Source: Candidatus Nitrospinota bacterium M3_3B_026
Lineage (GTDB): Bacteria > Nitrospinota_A > UBA7883 > JBPRGF01
DNA length: 64,000 nucleotides
Direction of reading: 5' to 3'
NCBI GenBank assembly: GCA_051418015.1
Contig: JBPRGF010000024.1
Span: 98,635-162,634, forward strand
Part shown: one piece after another, positions 10,223 through 21,800 of the stretch
Numbering within the stretch: the stretch's first letter is position 1
Layout: each line of letters opens with the position of its first letter
Made by a program: the position numbers and the translations under genes
The notes under the pieces: generated by a model
What the model was told of the DNA's origin: nothing
Database searches by the model: none
What the model saw: the letters and a program-made list of their open reading frames with translations, nothing else

Positions 10223-11320
10223 ATGGACGACAAGGAAAAAAAAGCCCTCTTAGCCAAGTACGCCAAGAAGCGCGTCACCCTTATCATCAAGGATCGCAAC
10301 GAGCGCAAACAGGTCAAAAACGCTTTGCGGGAGAACGGGATAAACGATATCGTCGAGCTGGACGATTTCTCGCAGGCGTGGAGCAAGCTCCAGCTCACCG
10401 CCACAAACGTTCTGGTCTTTTCCGTGAGCGAGCAGGAGGGGCTTGATTTTCTGTCGAGCGTCGAAGAATCCGCCCGGTTCAAAAAGACGCCTCTCATAGT
10501 CTTCACCAACAAGCCAAGGGAGCACCCGGGCCTTTTCAGCGGCGAGGATCTGCTGATTTACTGGGAAGAGCTTCCCATGAACGGCTACAAGGTGGAGAAC
10601 AGGCTGCTGGAGGTCTTTGAGAAAGGCGTGGTGGAAAAGAGCCTGCTGGGGCGGGATCACGATTCGCTGGAACACTACTCCCAGGCCGTGGACGCGCTGG
10701 CGGAGGAAAAATTCGAGGACGCCAAGGAGCTTTTGCGGATTTCACTCAAGGAGAGCCCGGAGTTTTTCGAAGCCTACGTGAAGATGGTGGAGGCGCTCAC
10801 CGGCCTTGGCGACCTGGAGACGGCCAGGAGGGTGCTGGGCAGGGCGGAGAAGATGAGGCCGGCCCACCCAAAGGTGCTCATTCTGAAAGCCAGGCTCGCC
10901 GCGGAGCTGGAGAACAAGGAGAACGCCGTCCGCGTCTTCGACGCCGTTGTGGGCGCCCGCCCGCGCGACCTGATGTTCGTCATTGGCATAGGCAACATCG
11001 CCCTGGAGAAGGGATGGGTGGACGAGGCCATTCATTACTACGAGATCGCGAAAAACATAGACCCCGAGCTGATCCATGCTTACAACCGCCTTGGGATGGC
11101 CCATTCGCGGGCGGGCCGGTTCGACGAGGCCCTGGCGATGTACGACAAGGCCCTCAAAATCGACGACGAGGACGCGGGCATACACTTCAACATCGGCATG
11201 GCCTATACCCGCAAAGGGGAGAAAGAGAGGGCAATAGAATATTTCAAGAAAGCGAGCGCCCTGGACCCGCGCCTCACGGAGCCGAAGGAGTGGGCCGAGA
11301 AGCTCGAGGCCGGCGGCTGA
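10223..11320 (+). CDS. Receiver-like domain plus TPR repeat protein
   Basis: N-terminal CheY-like pattern (GLDFL...FKKTPLIVFT); C-terminal TPRs (AYNRLGMAH, IHFNIGMAY). Confidence 0.75.
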   Translation: MDDKEKKALLAKYAKKRVTLIIKDRNERKQVKNALRENGINDIVELDDFSQAWSKLQLTATNVLVFSVSEQEGLDFLSSVEESARFKKTPLIVFTNKPREHPGLFSGEDLLIYWEELPMNGYKVENRLLEVFEKGVVEKSLLGRDHDSLEHYSQAVDALAEEKFEDAKELLRISLKESPEFFEAYVKMVEALTGLGDLETARRVLGRAEKMRPAHPKVLILKARLAAELENKENAVRVFDAVVGARPRDLMFVIGIGNIALEKGWVDEAIHYYEIAKNIDPELIHAYNRLGMAHSRAGRFDEALAMYDKALKIDDEDAGIHFNIGMAYTRKGEKERAIEYFKKASALDPRLTEPKEWAEKLEAGG

Positions 11321-11408
11321 GCGTCACGTCGTCCACCCCACGCGCCATGACGCGATTCCGGATGACAGCCTGACCTCTCCAGTTCTCTTCACGACGCTTC
11401 CCCCTCTC

Positions 11409-11960
11409 TCACAGTCCGCGCGCCGCTTTTTTTGTTCTCCAGGCCAGCGCGGCCAGCGCCAGGGCTCCGAAAAGAGCCGTCTCGATGGCGAGAGCCTCGA
11501 GGCTTGCGGCGGTAAAGGGCGCCGCCCGGTTTACGCCGGGAAGGACGGGGAGGATGTAGAACTTGTCCGAGAAAGGCCACAGCGCGGGCAGGCCGATGCC
11601 GTTTTCCGGGTAGTGGTCGACATTCAGCAGATCGGCCAGGACATGCAACGCCCATGCGCCGGCGACGACGCCGAAAATTTTCAGCGAATCCCGCCGTCCG
11701 CGGACGCGCGCCCAGAACGCCACGGCGGCCCCGGCGGCAAGGGCGAACCCTATGGAGTGCGTGACGCCGTGATGCCACATGCCGGAAACGGTCAGCCCTT
11801 GCCCTGAAATGTGGATGAAATCAAGGTCCGGCGCCAGCGACGCGGCGATGGCCAGCGCGGCCCAGCCGGCGCTTTCCTTGTTCAAGGCGAGGGGGTTTTC
11901 ATTTTGGCTCGCCGCGTAGACCGCCAGCCCGGCGAGGGCATGCCCCAGGGGCGTCGGCAT
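11409..11960 (-). CDS. Membrane-bound metal-dependent hydrolase (YdjM/YbcI-like)
   Basis: GHAL, APDLD, HHGVTHS and HVLAD motifs. Confidence 0.85.
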   Translation of the reverse strand: MPTPLGHALAGLAVYAASQNENPLALNKESAGWAALAIAASLAPDLDFIHISGQGLTVSGMWHHGVTHSIGFALAAGAAVAFWARVRGRRDSLKIFGVVAGAWALHVLADLLNVDHYPENGIGLPALWPFSDKFYILPVLPGVNRAAPFTAASLEALAIETALFGALALAALAWRTKKAARGL

Positions 11961-12008
11961 CAGGAGGCCGCCTGGCGGCGCGGCGGGGAGCTTTTGTCCA
12001 TCGCCGGT

Positions 12009-13739
12009 CTAAAGCTCCACCAGCCCGCGCCGGTTGGATACGTAGTCGTGGAGGACGTATTGTGTGAGGCTGTCCGGCGCGGGGTGGAAGAGCCTGCCCC
12101 TGTTTATCTTGAGCATCTTCTTCAAAAACTCCCCCTCGCCGAAATAGCCCGTGTCGAAGTCCGACCCCAGGGCAAAGGTGGTGATGGCTATCCCCGCCTC
12201 CGTGGCGGCGCGGACCTCGCGCAACGTCGCGGAGTACGTCCTGTCTTGCGGCGGATAGGTCAGATTCAGGACGCCGTTTTCGTTGAAGGCGGTGGGGGCG
12301 CCGTCGGTTATCAGGATGACCTCCTTGTTCCGGCCAGGCCGGGCGGCGAGCGTGGAGCGGGCCATCTCCAGCCCGCGCTGAAGGTTCGTGAAATACCTGG
12401 GGACGTGGGCCGGAGCCCTCCGGTGGTCCTTCAGCCCGGCGAGGCTCACCTTCATGTCCACCGCGCTTCCCATGAAGGTGACGGGCTCCGGCGAAAGGCC
12501 CATGATCTCGCCCACGGGTATCCTCCTTGCGAAGCTGGCGAACCCGATAAAGCTAACGGAGTCCTCCGGGTATTGGCCGCGGATGAGCGCGTCCAGGGCC
12601 AGGGCGACCTTCTTGGCGTTGTGGAACCTGCCGAACCTGCTCATGGAGCCGGACATGTCGATCAAAACCACCAGCGAGACGCGCGCCGCGCCGCGGGTCT
12701 CGTGTGTCTCCATGTCCGCCGGCCTGAAGCGGATGGGGAGCCCGCCGCCTCCTCTCGCCATGGCGTTTATCATCGTGCCCGGCACGTCGAGATGGGCAAA
12801 GGAGTCGCCGAACTCCCATGGGCGCGTTCTCGAAAGCTCCACTGGCCCGTCGCCCGCGGACGGCGTTATGTGCCCTCCGGCGCCGTCGATCTTCAGGGAT
12901 TCGAAAACCTGGCGCAGCGTCCGCTCCCCTACCTTGCGCGCGGCGGCTGGGGTGAGCTTGAATACCCCGTCCTCCTCCTCCACCTGGCCGGTCCGGCTCA
13001 AAGCCTTTGAGATGTTTTCCATGATTTCGTCCCTTGCCGCGGCGAAAGCCTCGTAGGCCTCGTCCCCCAGCGCCTCGCGGAGCGTCTCCTCATCCACGCC
13101 GAAGATGTCCCCCCGGTCCCTGGCGTCCTCCAACTCCAGCTGGAGTTTGTCGAGAGCCTCATATCTTCTGAAAATCCCGCGGGCCATGGAGGCCGGGGGC
13201 GCATCGGGGCCATGGAAGCGTTTGCCGTATTTTCCGTAAAAGTCATTGGCTTCCTCCAGAAACTCCGCCTGCGCCATGGCAGAGTCCAGCTCCTCCAGAA
13301 GCTTCCCGTCACGGCGCAGGCTTTTGTCTCTTGAGACGAGCCATTTCGTGTGATAGAACCCGGCGGCGCTTGAGGCGCGGGAGGCGATCCGTATATCCTC
13401 TTTCAGGTCGCCCCTGTCCCGTAATTTTCCGGAAAGGCGCTCCACGGTCTCGTCGAGCTTTCTCCGCCTTCTCCTCAAAAGCTCCCTGAGATCGTGTTTT
13501 CCGTGGATGTCCTCCTTTATCCGCTCGACCTGTTTTATGTATTCGTCCAGCAGGCTTTCCATGTTCTCGTCGCGGAGGAACTCGTTCACCGGCAGGCCGC
13601 TTTCGATGAGGCTTAGCAGGGCCTCGTTGAAATCGACGTGGTGGCGCATCATGATTTCGGCGGCGGCGCGGATCACGTCGTCGAGGGTGAAGGGGGGCTC
13701 TTCCGGCGGCTCCCACTGGCTGTACCTGTGGATTATCAT
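12009..13739 (-). CDS. von Willebrand factor A domain protein (Rv0959-like)
   Basis: MIDAS motif DMSGSM...T...ITDGAPT; TRPWEFGD motif. Confidence 0.8.
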   Translation of the reverse strand: MIIHRYSQWEPPEEPPFTLDDVIRAAAEIMMRHHVDFNEALLSLIESGLPVNEFLRDENMESLLDEYIKQVERIKEDIHGKHDLRELLRRRRRKLDETVERLSGKLRDRGDLKEDIRIASRASSAAGFYHTKWLVSRDKSLRRDGKLLEELDSAMAQAEFLEEANDFYGKYGKRFHGPDAPPASMARGIFRRYEALDKLQLELEDARDRGDIFGVDEETLREALGDEAYEAFAAARDEIMENISKALSRTGQVEEEDGVFKLTPAAARKVGERTLRQVFESLKIDGAGGHITPSAGDGPVELSRTRPWEFGDSFAHLDVPGTMINAMARGGGGLPIRFRPADMETHETRGAARVSLVVLIDMSGSMSRFGRFHNAKKVALALDALIRGQYPEDSVSFIGFASFARRIPVGEIMGLSPEPVTFMGSAVDMKVSLAGLKDHRRAPAHVPRYFTNLQRGLEMARSTLAARPGRNKEVILITDGAPTAFNENGVLNLTYPPQDRTYSATLREVRAATEAGIAITTFALGSDFDTGYFGEGEFLKKMLKINRGRLFHPAPDSLTQYVLHDYVSNRRGLVEL

Positions 13740-13869
13740 GTTGCGCTCCTTTCAGGATATTCTACCAGCGGTGGATTCCGAAAGTCAGCCTCTCCCCGGG
13801 CTGGGCGGGTTGCGCGCCGAGGCATATCCCGTTATCGTATACACGCAAACTTCGGATGGAGGCCGCTTC

Positions 13870-14304
13870 ATGGTGGAAATAGTGAGGGCTTACACGGCTC
13901 GGGAGAACTACAAGGGCAGGGACGCGGTGATCGTGGACTGGTTCTGCCGGGGAAGGGAAACCCCCGTGGCGCCCTACGAGACGCTCATAGGAAATTACGA
14001 TGAACTTTCCTACACCGAAAGAGAGCGGGCAGAAGAGCTTGTGGACCATTTCCTCACCGCGGAGGAGGCCGAACAGTTGCGAAGATACATGGACAGGAAG
14101 TTCGGCTTCGAGGTGAAGGTAAAAAAGATGGAGACCCCTTTCGCCGACGGGCGCAAAATCCCCCGTTTCGCCGAGCCGCCGGAGCCCTCCGCCGAGGGGG
14201 AATATCTCGACCTGTCCGCGTCGGACGACTACGACCTGAGCGTCCCCATAATGGGTTATTTCGATCTCAGCGAGCCCCCCAACCTGGTCTCCCACATGAG
14301 CTGA
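13870..14304 (+). CDS. Hypothetical protein
   Basis: GGAGG SD before ATG 13870; GC-rich third codon positions as in neighbouring genes; no recognised domain. Confidence 0.65.
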   Translation: MVEIVRAYTARENYKGRDAVIVDWFCRGRETPVAPYETLIGNYDELSYTERERAEELVDHFLTAEEAEQLRRYMDRKFGFEVKVKKMETPFADGRKIPRFAEPPEPSAEGEYLDLSASDDYDLSVPIMGYFDLSEPPNLVSHMS

Positions 14305-14333
14305 CGGCGCGCCCGCGATCGCCGGGAGCAAGA

Positions 14334-14489
14334 GGCGGCGGGCCGGTTTGAAAAATCAAGGTCTTTCACTATCGCTGGCGCTTCGTTCAGGACGACGAGG
14401 GTTTGCGAAACACGGGCAATAACGACGTCCTGGGCCGCAGGCGAAGGACCCCCGCCTTTTTCGAAAAAATTCCAAACCGGCCCGCTGTC
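14334..14489. repeat. MITE-like element: 13-bp perfect terminal inverted repeat around two degenerate REP family A arms
   Basis: GCGGGCCGGTTTG (14338-14350) / CAAACCGGCCCGC (14473-14485); internal GTTCAGGACGAC and GTCCTGGGCCGCAGGCGAAGGACC. Confidence 0.55.
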
Positions 14490-14574
14490 GAATAAAGGGT
14501 CTGATGGACAATGGCGGCCTTTCCTGCTAATATTCATCGTTTATTGAAAACATGGTGATTCAAGCGATTGTGAC

Positions 14575-15918
14575 ATGTTCGAGAATCTGAGCGGCAGGCT
14601 GGAAGGGGTTGTAAAAAGGCTCCGCGGCCTGAACAAGCTTACGGAGGACAACGTCTCCGAAGCCCTGCGGGAGGTGCGCCTCGCCCTGCTGGAGGCGGAC
14701 GTCAACACCGCCGTGGTCAGGGAGTTCGTCTCCGAGGTTCGCGCGGAGGTTCTGGGGACGAAGACCGCCCCCGGCCTGACGCCGGGCCAGCATATGATAA
14801 AAGCCGTCCACGACCGGCTGGTGGAGCTTTTCGGGGGCGAGACGGCCGAGATAAACTTCGCCCAGCGCGGTCCCACGGTCATATTGATGAACGGCCTGCA
14901 GGGCTCCGGCAAGACCACCTCCTCGGCCAAGCTCGCAAAAAGGATCCAGAAGCAGGGCTACAGGCCCCTGATGGTCTCCGTGGACGTCTACCGTCCCGCC
15001 GCGATGGAGCAGCTGAAAGTCCTGGGCGCCGACCATGGCATCCTCGTCCATGAAGCATCGCCCGACCAGAAGCCCGCGGATATCGTGAAAGGCGCTCTCG
15101 GCGCCCTTGAGCGGGAGAACGCCAACGTCCTGCTGGTGGACACCGCCGGACGCCTCCACGTCGACGACGGGATGATGGCCGAGCTCGCCGAGATAAAAGA
15201 GATTATCGACCCGGACGAGATATTCTTCGTCGCGGACACCATGACCGGCCAGGACGCCGTGAACGTCGCCAGGGCCTTCAACGAGCAAATCGGGATGACT
15301 GGGGTTATCCTTACCAAGCTCGACGGCGACACCAGGGGCGGCGCGGCCCTTTCGGTAAAAAAGGTCACAGGCGTCCCCATAAAATTCGTCGGCGTCGGAG
15401 AGAAGGTGGACCAGTTCGAGCCCTTCCATCCCGACAGGATGGCAAGCCGCGTCCTGGGCATGGGTGATGTCCTCAGCCTGATAGAAAGGGCCCAGGAGAA
15501 CATAGACCAGAAAAAGGCCGAGGCGCAGGCGAAGAAGATGCTCTCCGCCTCCTTCGACCTGAACGATTTCCTGGATCAGCTCCAGATGATAAAGAAGATG
15601 GGGCCGCTCGACCAGATAATGAAGATGATCCCCGGGATGGGCTCGGCCATGAAGAACATCGATCCAGATCCTGACGAGTTCGCCCGCGTGGAGGCTATAA
15701 TAAGCTCCATGACGCTGAGGGAGCGCGCGCAGCCTGGGATAATAAACAGCTCCCGGAAGAGGCGGATAGCCAACGGCAGCGGGACGGAGATGATCGAGGT
15801 AAACAGGCTTCTGAAGAACTTCCAGAAGACAAAAAAGATGATGAAGAGCTTCGGCAGGGGAGGGAAGAAGAAACAGTCCATGATGGACCCCTTCGCCGGG
15901 CTTGGATTCGGATCATAG
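14575..15918 (+). CDS. ffh: Signal recognition particle protein
   Basis: GLQGSGKTT, DTAGR, TKLDGDTRGG, PFHPDRMASRVLGMGD, Met-rich M domain. Confidence 0.98.
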   Translation: MFENLSGRLEGVVKRLRGLNKLTEDNVSEALREVRLALLEADVNTAVVREFVSEVRAEVLGTKTAPGLTPGQHMIKAVHDRLVELFGGETAEINFAQRGPTVILMNGLQGSGKTTSSAKLAKRIQKQGYRPLMVSVDVYRPAAMEQLKVLGADHGILVHEASPDQKPADIVKGALGALERENANVLLVDTAGRLHVDDGMMAELAEIKEIIDPDEIFFVADTMTGQDAVNVARAFNEQIGMTGVILTKLDGDTRGGAALSVKKVTGVPIKFVGVGEKVDQFEPFHPDRMASRVLGMGDVLSLIERAQENIDQKKAEAQAKKMLSASFDLNDFLDQLQMIKKMGPLDQIMKMIPGMGSAMKNIDPDPDEFARVEAIISSMTLRERAQPGIINSSRKRRIANGSGTEMIEVNRLLKNFQKTKKMMKSFGRGGKKKQSMMDPFAGLGFGS

Positions 15919-15944
15919 TAAAAACGAGATAAGGAGAAAAAAAC

Positions 15945-16184
15945 GTGTCGGTTGTGTTGAGGCTGAAACGGATGGGCGCGAAGAAAAAGCCCGTGTACAG
16001 GATCGTGGCGGCGGACAGCCGCTCCAAGCGGGATGGGCGCTTCATCGAGGCGGTGGGGCAGTACGACCCGTCGAAGGAGAGCGGCCAGGTGACGCTCAAG
16101 AAGGACCGGGTCGACTATTGGATAGGCTCCGGGGCGCAGGTTTCGGACACCGTCCGCAGCCTGATAAAGAAATCCTCGGACTGA
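15945..16184 (+). CDS. rpsP: 30S ribosomal protein S16
   Basis: [22 protein letters not shown]...RDGRFIE. Confidence 0.98.
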   Translation: MSVVLRLKRMGAKKKPVYRIVAADSRSKRDGRFIEAVGQYDPSKESGQVTLKKDRVDYWIGSGAQVSDTVRSLIKKSSD

Positions 16185-16243
16185 AAACCGCGCGCGCCGC
16201 GCTCCGGGAGATGGCGGCGCGTTCATAAAAAACAGGGGGGCGC

Positions 16244-16474
16244 ATGAGAGCGCTTATAGAAAACGTGGCGCGGGCGCTGGTGGATCATCCTGACCAGGTC
16301 TTCGTCGAGGAGGTTACGGAAGGCTCCGTGACGACGGTTGAGCTTCGCGTGGCGCCGGAGGACCTGGGCAAGGTCATAGGCCGCCGCGGCCGCACGGCCA
16401 CGGCGATGAGGAGCCTGCTGGCCGCGGCGGCGGCGGGGAAGAATGAGAGAGCCGTCCTGGAAATCCTGGAATAG
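16244..16474 (+). CDS. khpA: KH-domain RNA-binding protein
   Basis: LVDHPDQV...DLGKVIGRRGRTA; conserved position after rpsP. Confidence 0.92.
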   Translation: MRALIENVARALVDHPDQVFVEEVTEGSVTTVELRVAPEDLGKVIGRRGRTATAMRSLLAAAAAGKNERAVLEILE

Positions 16475-16479
16475 TTTTT

Positions 16480-17043
16480 TTGGCTTCACGCGACGGACGC
16501 GACGAAAAGAACGCCGGGGATGACGAGGGGCTGTCGATAGCCTTGGGCAGGCTTATCCGCCCCCACGGCCTCAAGGGCGAGATGAAGCTCAAACCTTACG
16601 CTTCTGCGGAGACTCTTTCCGCCATGGCCGGAAAACCTGTCACAGTGGAGCCGGAGACGGACGGCCCGTCCTTTTCCTCCACGCTTGTCAGGACCCGCGG
16701 CGTCCACAGTCGCCTCATAGCCAGGATCAAGGGCGTGAACACCCCCGAGCGCGCCCGGGAGCTGACGCCCGCCATCCTGAAAGCCCGGCGCGATCTCATG
16801 CCAGCCCGCCCCGGTGGAGGGTACTATCCCGAGGAGCTTCTGGGGATGGAAGTCCGCGATATGGAGGGCGGCAGGATCGGCGAGATAGAGGATGTCTTCC
16901 CCGCGGGGGAGAGGGATGTGTGGGTCGTGAGAAAGGACGACGGCTCGGAGATGATGATTCCCCACATCCCGGAGATCGTGAAAGAGATTGACATGAAGTC
17001 CCGCCGCGCGGTGATAGAGCCGATGGACCAGACGGAGGCCTGA
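16480..17043 (+). CDS. rimM: 16S rRNA processing protein
   Basis: GRLIRPHGLKGE, YYPEELLGMEV, MIPH; operon position. Confidence 0.92.
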   Translation: MASRDGRDEKNAGDDEGLSIALGRLIRPHGLKGEMKLKPYASAETLSAMAGKPVTVEPETDGPSFSSTLVRTRGVHSRLIARIKGVNTPERARELTPAILKARRDLMPARPGGGYYPEELLGMEVRDMEGGRIGEIEDVFPAGERDVWVVRKDDGSEMMIPHIPEIVKEIDMKSRRAVIEPMDQTEA

Positions 17044-17790
17044 ATGCCCCGGTTCGATATCGTCACCATTTTCCCCGGGATGTTCGACGGCGTGTTCGAC
17101 CACTCCATCATCGGGCGCGCGAAGGAAAAGGGGATCGTGGAGATAAACGTCCACGACCTTCGCGGCTGGACCCGGGACAAACACAAAGTAACCGACGACT
17201 ACCCCTACGGCGGCGGCGCGGGGATGGTGATGAAGGCGCCGCCTTTCGCCGGAGCGGTGGAGAGCCTGCGGGCCGAAAACCCCGGCGCGAAGGTCGTCCT
17301 GATGACGCCCCAAGGCCGTCTTCTGACGCAGAAGACGGCGGAGGAGTTTTCAGTTCTTCCCGGCCTTGTCATCCTCTGCGGCAGGTACGAGGGGGTGGAC
17401 GAGCGCGTCCGGTCTCTTGTCGATATGGAAATATCGATAGGCGACTTTATCCTCACCGGAGGAGAGATACCGGCCATGGCGCTGGTGGACGCCGTGGCGC
17501 GGCTGGCTCCGGGGGTAGTTGGGGAGGCGGAGTCGATCGTCCGGGAGTCGCACACCGGCGGCCTGCTGGAGTATCCACAGTACACACGTCCGGCGGAGTT
17601 CGCCGGGATGAGGGTCCCGGACGTTCTGCTCTCCGGCGACCATGCGAAGATAGAGGCCTGGCGCAGGCGGCAGTCGATCATCCGCACCGCCCGGCGGCGT
17701 CCGGACCTGCTGGAGAGGGCGGAGCTTACCGAGGAGGAGAGGCGCCTTGCGGAAAAAGAGATCGAGGCCGGGAGGGGCGGCGTTGAATGA
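17044..17790 (+). CDS. trmD: tRNA (guanine-N1)-methyltransferase
   Basis: [44 protein letters not shown]. Confidence 0.98.
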   Translation: MPRFDIVTIFPGMFDGVFDHSIIGRAKEKGIVEINVHDLRGWTRDKHKVTDDYPYGGGAGMVMKAPPFAGAVESLRAENPGAKVVLMTPQGRLLTQKTAEEFSVLPGLVILCGRYEGVDERVRSLVDMEISIGDFILTGGEIPAMALVDAVARLAPGVVGEAESIVRESHTGGLLEYPQYTRPAEFAGMRVPDVLLSGDHAKIEAWRRRQSIIRTARRRPDLLERAELTEEERRLAEKEIEAGRGGVE

Positions 17791-18361
17791 TATCTCGCGC
17801 AAACTGGCCGTCGCCCTCGTCCATCACCCCGTCCTGAACCGCCGTGGCGAGGTGGTCACCACCTCCGTGACCACGCTGGACACCCACGACCTGGCCAGGC
17901 TCCTGAGGACGTATGATGTGCCCGATCTTTTCATCGTCACCCCCCTGGCGGCGCAGCGCCGCCTGGTGGAGAGGCTGGCCCGGCACTGGACGGACGGTTT
18001 CGGGGCGGAGCACAACCCCAGCCGCCGGGAGGCGCTGAAGACCCTGAAGGTGGTTGACAGCATCGGCGCGATGGTTGATAATTTGAAGCTTGACGCCGCG
18101 GAGGTGAGGCTGATCTTCACCGGCGCCAGGAAGGCGGAGAACGCCGCGAGCTTCGCCGAGGCGCGCAGGCTCATAAGGTCGTCGGAGAAGACGGTCTTGT
18201 TGCTTGGCACTGGCCACGGTCTGGCTGGCTCCGTGCTGGAGATGGCGGACATGAGGCTGGAGCCGATCGAAGGGGTGGGGGACTACAACCACCTTCCGGT
18301 GCGCATGGCGGCGGCGATCATGCTGGACAGGCTTGTAAACGGAGAGCGTGAAGGAGAATAG
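17783..18361 (+). CDS. SPOUT-class RNA methyltransferase (trmD-associated)
   Basis: [37 protein letters not shown] start at 17783 after GGAGGGG. Confidence 0.85.
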   Translation: MNDISRKLAVALVHHPVLNRRGEVVTTSVTTLDTHDLARLLRTYDVPDLFIVTPLAAQRRLVERLARHWTDGFGAEHNPSRREALKTLKVVDSIGAMVDNLKLDAAEVRLIFTGARKAENAASFAEARRLIRSSEKTVLLLGTGHGLAGSVLEMADMRLEPIEGVGDYNHLPVRMAAAIMLDRLVNGEREGE

Positions 18362-18365
18362 GATC

Positions 18366-18710
18366 ATGAATCCTATAGTGGAGTTCGTAGAGAAACAGTA
18401 CATGAAAAAGTCCGTCCCGGCCTTCCGGATCGGCGACACCGTCCGCGTCCACATGCGGATCGTGGAGGGGGACAAGGAGCGGATCCAGGTCGTGGAAGGG
18501 GTCGTGATCGCCCGCAAACACAGCGGGATAAGGGAGACCTTCACCGTCCGCAAGGTGTCGTCCGGCATCGGCGTGGAGAGGATTTTTCCGATCCATTCCC
18601 CGAGGGTGGAGAAGGTGGAGGTCGTCCGCTCCGGCAAGGTCCGCCGGGCCAAGCTATACTACCTGCGCGAGCGCAAGGGGAAAGCGGCCAGGCTGGCGGA
18701 GCGGTTTTAG
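18366..18710 (+). CDS. rplS: 50S ribosomal protein L19
   Basis: [42 protein letters not shown] before ATG 18366. Confidence 0.98.
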   Translation: MNPIVEFVEKQYMKKSVPAFRIGDTVRVHMRIVEGDKERIQVVEGVVIARKHSGIRETFTVRKVSSGIGVERIFPIHSPRVEKVEVVRSGKVRRAKLYYLRERKGKAARLAERF

Positions 18711-18810
18711 CTTTAGTTATTTCCGGACGCCGCCCGTCCGGCCCGAGCGGCGGGCCATGTAAAACGCCCGGCGAACCCGCCCCGGCGGGCTCGCCTGAGA
18801 ATTTTGGCCG

Positions 18811-21800
18811 ATGAGCCCGAAGCCTTCGCGAGGGGATTCAGAAAAAACCGACCAGGGGAAAAAGAACCGCGCGCGAAGGCGGATCAGGCTGCTGGCTTCC
18901 CTTTTCTACCTGACCGCCCTTCTCCTGGCTTTCCTTTACGTCGCCCCCAAGCTCCTCTTTCACGGCGAAAAATACATCCCCCTGGTGGAGGAGCGCCTTT
19001 CGGAGTTGACGGGGGCGGAGGTGACGATCGGGAACATAGGAATAAACCTTCTCGCCGGGCCGCAGGTCACCCTCGATGACGTTTCGATAGCCCGGGACGG
19101 CAGGCCCGTCGTGTCCGCCAGGAGGATCAAAGCAGGCGTCCACCTTTCGAGGAGCATCCTGGAGAAATCCGTCAGGCTCGACAGGCTCGACGTAATAGAA
19201 CCCATGGCGCGTATCGAGCGGAGGGCCGACGGAACCTACAATATCGCCCTCCCCGGCGGGGATGATGCTGGAACGGCGGAAGCGGACGGCTCTCAAGCCG
19301 CGGCGGCGCTGCTAGGCGCTTTCAGGCGGGTTGAGGTAAAAGGCGGCGCTTTTTACTGGACGGACCGGAAGGCGGCTCCGGACAGTCCGTTTCACGCCTA
19401 CGTTTCGGACATTGATCTTCACATCGCCTGGGACACCCTTCTCGGGCCCGGATCCGTCAGGCTGTCGTTCCGGGCGCACGGGCCGCGTGACGCGGCGGAC
19501 TTCGGCCTTTCGGGGGGATTTTCGTATCTTGGCGGAGGTTTGTCCGGGGTGGTGTTCAACGGCGGGTTCTCGCTGGATGAGGCCGACGCGGCGCTCGTGT
19601 GGCCATATGTCGAGCCATACCTTCCCTTCGAAAAGCTCGACGCGGTCGTATCGTGGAAAGGCTCGCTGGACGGCGGTCTGTCCTCCGGCTTCACCTCCAG
19701 GGGCGATATTCGGCTGGAGTCGGTAATGGTGAGATACCCGAATGTCTACTCCGCCGACATCAGCAGGCCGGAGGCGTCCCTTTCATACAATGCCTCTTTT
19801 AAAGAGGACTCGTTGTCGTTCGACGAGCTGCGGCTGGCCGCCGGCGGCGTCAGGCTGAGCGCGAGCGGCGGAATCCTTGGCGTGAGGGGGCCGGACCCTG
19901 TGCTTTCGATATCAATGAGCACGAACATGATGGATATAGGAGAGGTCACCGGCTACCTGCCGGATAAAGCCCTCGCGCCCCAGGCGAACTCCTTTCTCAA
20001 GGAGAACGTCGAGAGCGGGAGAGCGGCTCTCAGCAACCTTTCGTTCAAGGGGAGCGTAAGCAGGCTGGAGGACATGTCCGCCCCCGGCGTTCTGCGTTCG
20101 CTGTCCGGGACGCTGAAGGTGGCGGACCTGGGCCTGCGGTTCGAGGGTCTTCTCCATTCGTTCGAGGACGTCAACGGCTCCGTGACCCTCAGGAACAACA
20201 GCCTCATCCTCGCCGGGGTCAAGGGCAGGTACGGCGCCTCCGCCCTGGAGGAGATAAGCGGGACGGTGAAGGACATAGACCAGGCTCCGAGCTTCAGGCT
20301 GTACGTCCGCGGCGGGGTTGACTTCGCCGAGGCGGCGGCGCTGGTGGCCGAAAAGGTCAGCCATCCGGCTTTCCGCCGCCAGATGAAGAAGGTGAGGCGG
20401 GTTGAAGGGACGATGTTCATGGACGCTGAGATATCCGGCGACACCAGGGATCTCGCGTCCACCTTCTCCGCCAGGGGGAAAGCGAGGCTTGCCGACGTGG
20501 GGTTCGAAACCGCCCTTTTCGATCTGCCTGTCCGCGGAGTGGGGGGGGAGATAGAGGGGCGGACGGATGATTTTACGATCAAGGAGCTTTTCTGGGAGGC
20601 AGGGGATTCGTTTTTCATCCTCACGGGGAACGTCGGGGGGCTCACAAAGCAGAAGCCTTCGTACGGCCTGGAGCTTATGGGGGCCGTGGCGCTCGAGGAC
20701 ATGAACAAGATAAGGTTTTTGCGGCATGGCAGGGCATACAGCCAGTCCGGCTACGCCGCCCTCGATCTCGGGATAAAGGGCGCCGGAGACACCTTCGCCC
20801 TCGACTACACGCTGGACATGACCAACGCCGAGTACGGCCTCGGGGGCGCCTTCCATAAGCCGATGGGTTTCGTGAACCATTATCTTTTCACCGGCTCCGT
20901 GAAAGAGGGCAACCAGGTGAAGATCGACCGTCTCACGGCGTATCTCGGGGAGTCCCGTCTGGACCTTACGGGAAGGGTGGGGCGCTTCCTGAGGGGCGAG
21001 GGGATTGACCTGTCCATCGCCTCCGACGGCGTCCTGCTGGACGACCTAGACCCGGTTCTCAAAAAAACCTTCGCCGATATCGAAAGCGGCGGCTACATAG
21101 CGGGGAAAGTATCCATCAGCGACGGCGGGGAGGATATCCCCGTGAGCCTTTCCGGGAAGTTTTACATCCAGAACGCCGACTTCAAGTTGCGCCTGTTCCG
21201 TGGCGCGTTCAGGAACGTCGACGGCGAGGTGGAGCTTCTGGACAACAGGATATTCCTGAAAAAGGGCAGTGGCCGTTTCGGCGAGGGACGGTTCAACGTC
21301 GCGGGCAGCGGGATTTTTTACAGGGAAAAGCCCGAGTTCAACCTGAACGTGGAGGCGGACTCGCTTCACCTCATAGACTTTTTCAGGGAGCCGGGAATGA
21401 GGCGGGAGCCGCGACCGGACAAGAAAAGGCCCTATCTCGATGGCGTGTGGAAGGTCTCGGTGAAATCCAAGGAAGGGACCATCGGCATGTTGACCTACCA
21501 GGACCTCAACGCCGCCATGCGCTACGAGGACAGGCGCTTCCACGTGGAGCCCTTGTCCTTCCTCGCCCACGGGGGGAGATGGTCCTGGAAGGGGGATATC
21601 ACCATCAGGGAGGACAAGAAGATCGCCATCGACTCGGAGCTGATGGCGCAGGACATCAGGCTGGAGCGATTCATGACCGAGGCCCTGAAAACCGGGAAGA
21701 AGATAACCGGCCCCCTGAACATCCGCGGCCCCATAAGGAGCGTGGGGGACGGCATGGACGAGATAAAGAGGAACCTCGAGGGAAGGCTCGAGGCCAGCGC

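Noticed and set aside
14305..14574. SRP RNA (ffs) upstream of ffh
   Set aside because: No TCAGGTCCGGAAGGAAGCAGC-like domain IV motif; the structure is better explained by repeats
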